A stretch of DNA of 35,619 bases from Chitinophaga pinensis (GTDB lineage Bacteria > Bacteroidota > Bacteroidia > NS11-12g > UBA9320), in assembly GCA_945890595.1 (NCBI GenBank), contig CAMDCQ010000002.1:1-35619 (forward strand), in the 5' to 3' direction. This document shows, piece by piece, positions 35,478 through 35,619 of the stretch (positions are counted from its first letter, which is position 1; each line of letters starts with the position of its first letter). Position numbers and translations under genes: made by a program. The notes beneath the pieces are model-generated. The model was not told the origin of the DNA and ran no database searches. It saw only the letters and a program-made list of their open reading frames with translations.

Positions 35478-35619
35478 ATGAAAAAAACAATCAAAACACT
35501 AACTTTAGCTACTATGATAGCCGCTTCTTTCACTGCTTCTGCTCAATGGGCTACCAATGCCTCCAATACAGGATCTAGCTTAAAAATAGGATTAACCACT
35601 TTGGGCCAGGGCTTTGATT
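35478..35619 (+). CDS. Secreted protein, 5-prime partial (runs off window end)
   Basis: ATG 35478 gives MKKTIKTLTLATMIAASFTASAQ, a signal peptide. The ORF stays open to the end of the window. Confidence 0.5.
   Translation, partial: MKKTIKTLTLATMIAASFTASAQWATNASNTGSSLKIGLTTLGQGFD

Noticed and set aside
1-35619. CRISPR arrays, long tandem repeats, rRNA genes, and known defence or toxin-antitoxin genes
   Set aside because: I saw no regularly spaced repeats of 24-40 bp. The only tandem repeat noticed is the 2-unit CACTTTTTTCTTC at 35283-35312. No ORF shows restriction, Cas, Abi, reverse-transcriptase or toxin motifs that I can recognise.

Overview
The window looks like a low-GC Bacteroidota-type chromosome. 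Evidence: a T9SS C-terminal sorting domain, a TonB-dependent receptor with a carboxypeptidase-regulatory-like N-terminus, a fused E1 alpha/beta 2-oxoacid dehydrogenase, many lipoprotein signals, and tightly overlapping operons. About 7.8-35.6 kb is ordinary housekeeping DNA: 3-hydroxyacyl-CoA dehydrogenase, a TPR/DUF4292-like lipoprotein pair, a sugar nucleotidyltransferase, dut, a MOP flippase, an S41 peptidase, ndk, nrnA, an FKBP-like lipoprotein, an ABC exporter and a fabH-MscS-corA operon. This part also holds a compact five-gene photolyase/cryptochrome operon (21.1-25.1 kb), which includes a 45-aa DUF2256-like ORF missing from the ORF track. The left ~7.7 kb is accessory. It carries an intact IS3-family element (60-1282), tRNA-Arg(CCT) (1421-1492) with its terminator, and a decayed second copy of that tRNA (1742-1815). 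An AT-rich islet (~1.9-6.6 kb) follows, built from paralogous modules. Three membrane-tethered proteins share a C-terminal domain that reads like an OmpR/ToxR-type winged helix; one has a 7-TM input, two have a signal peptide, periplasmic domain and single TM, and one of these is frameshifted. Two ~90-aa basic paralogs are transcribed divergently from them across 465- and 640-bp spacers. I recognise no described system matching this repeated sensor-regulator/partner module, so it is the best candidate for something new here. No CRISPR array, integrase, rRNA or recognisable defence or toxin genes were seen. All calls were made by eye from the sequence and ORF translations, so family names are motif-based recognitions, not search results.
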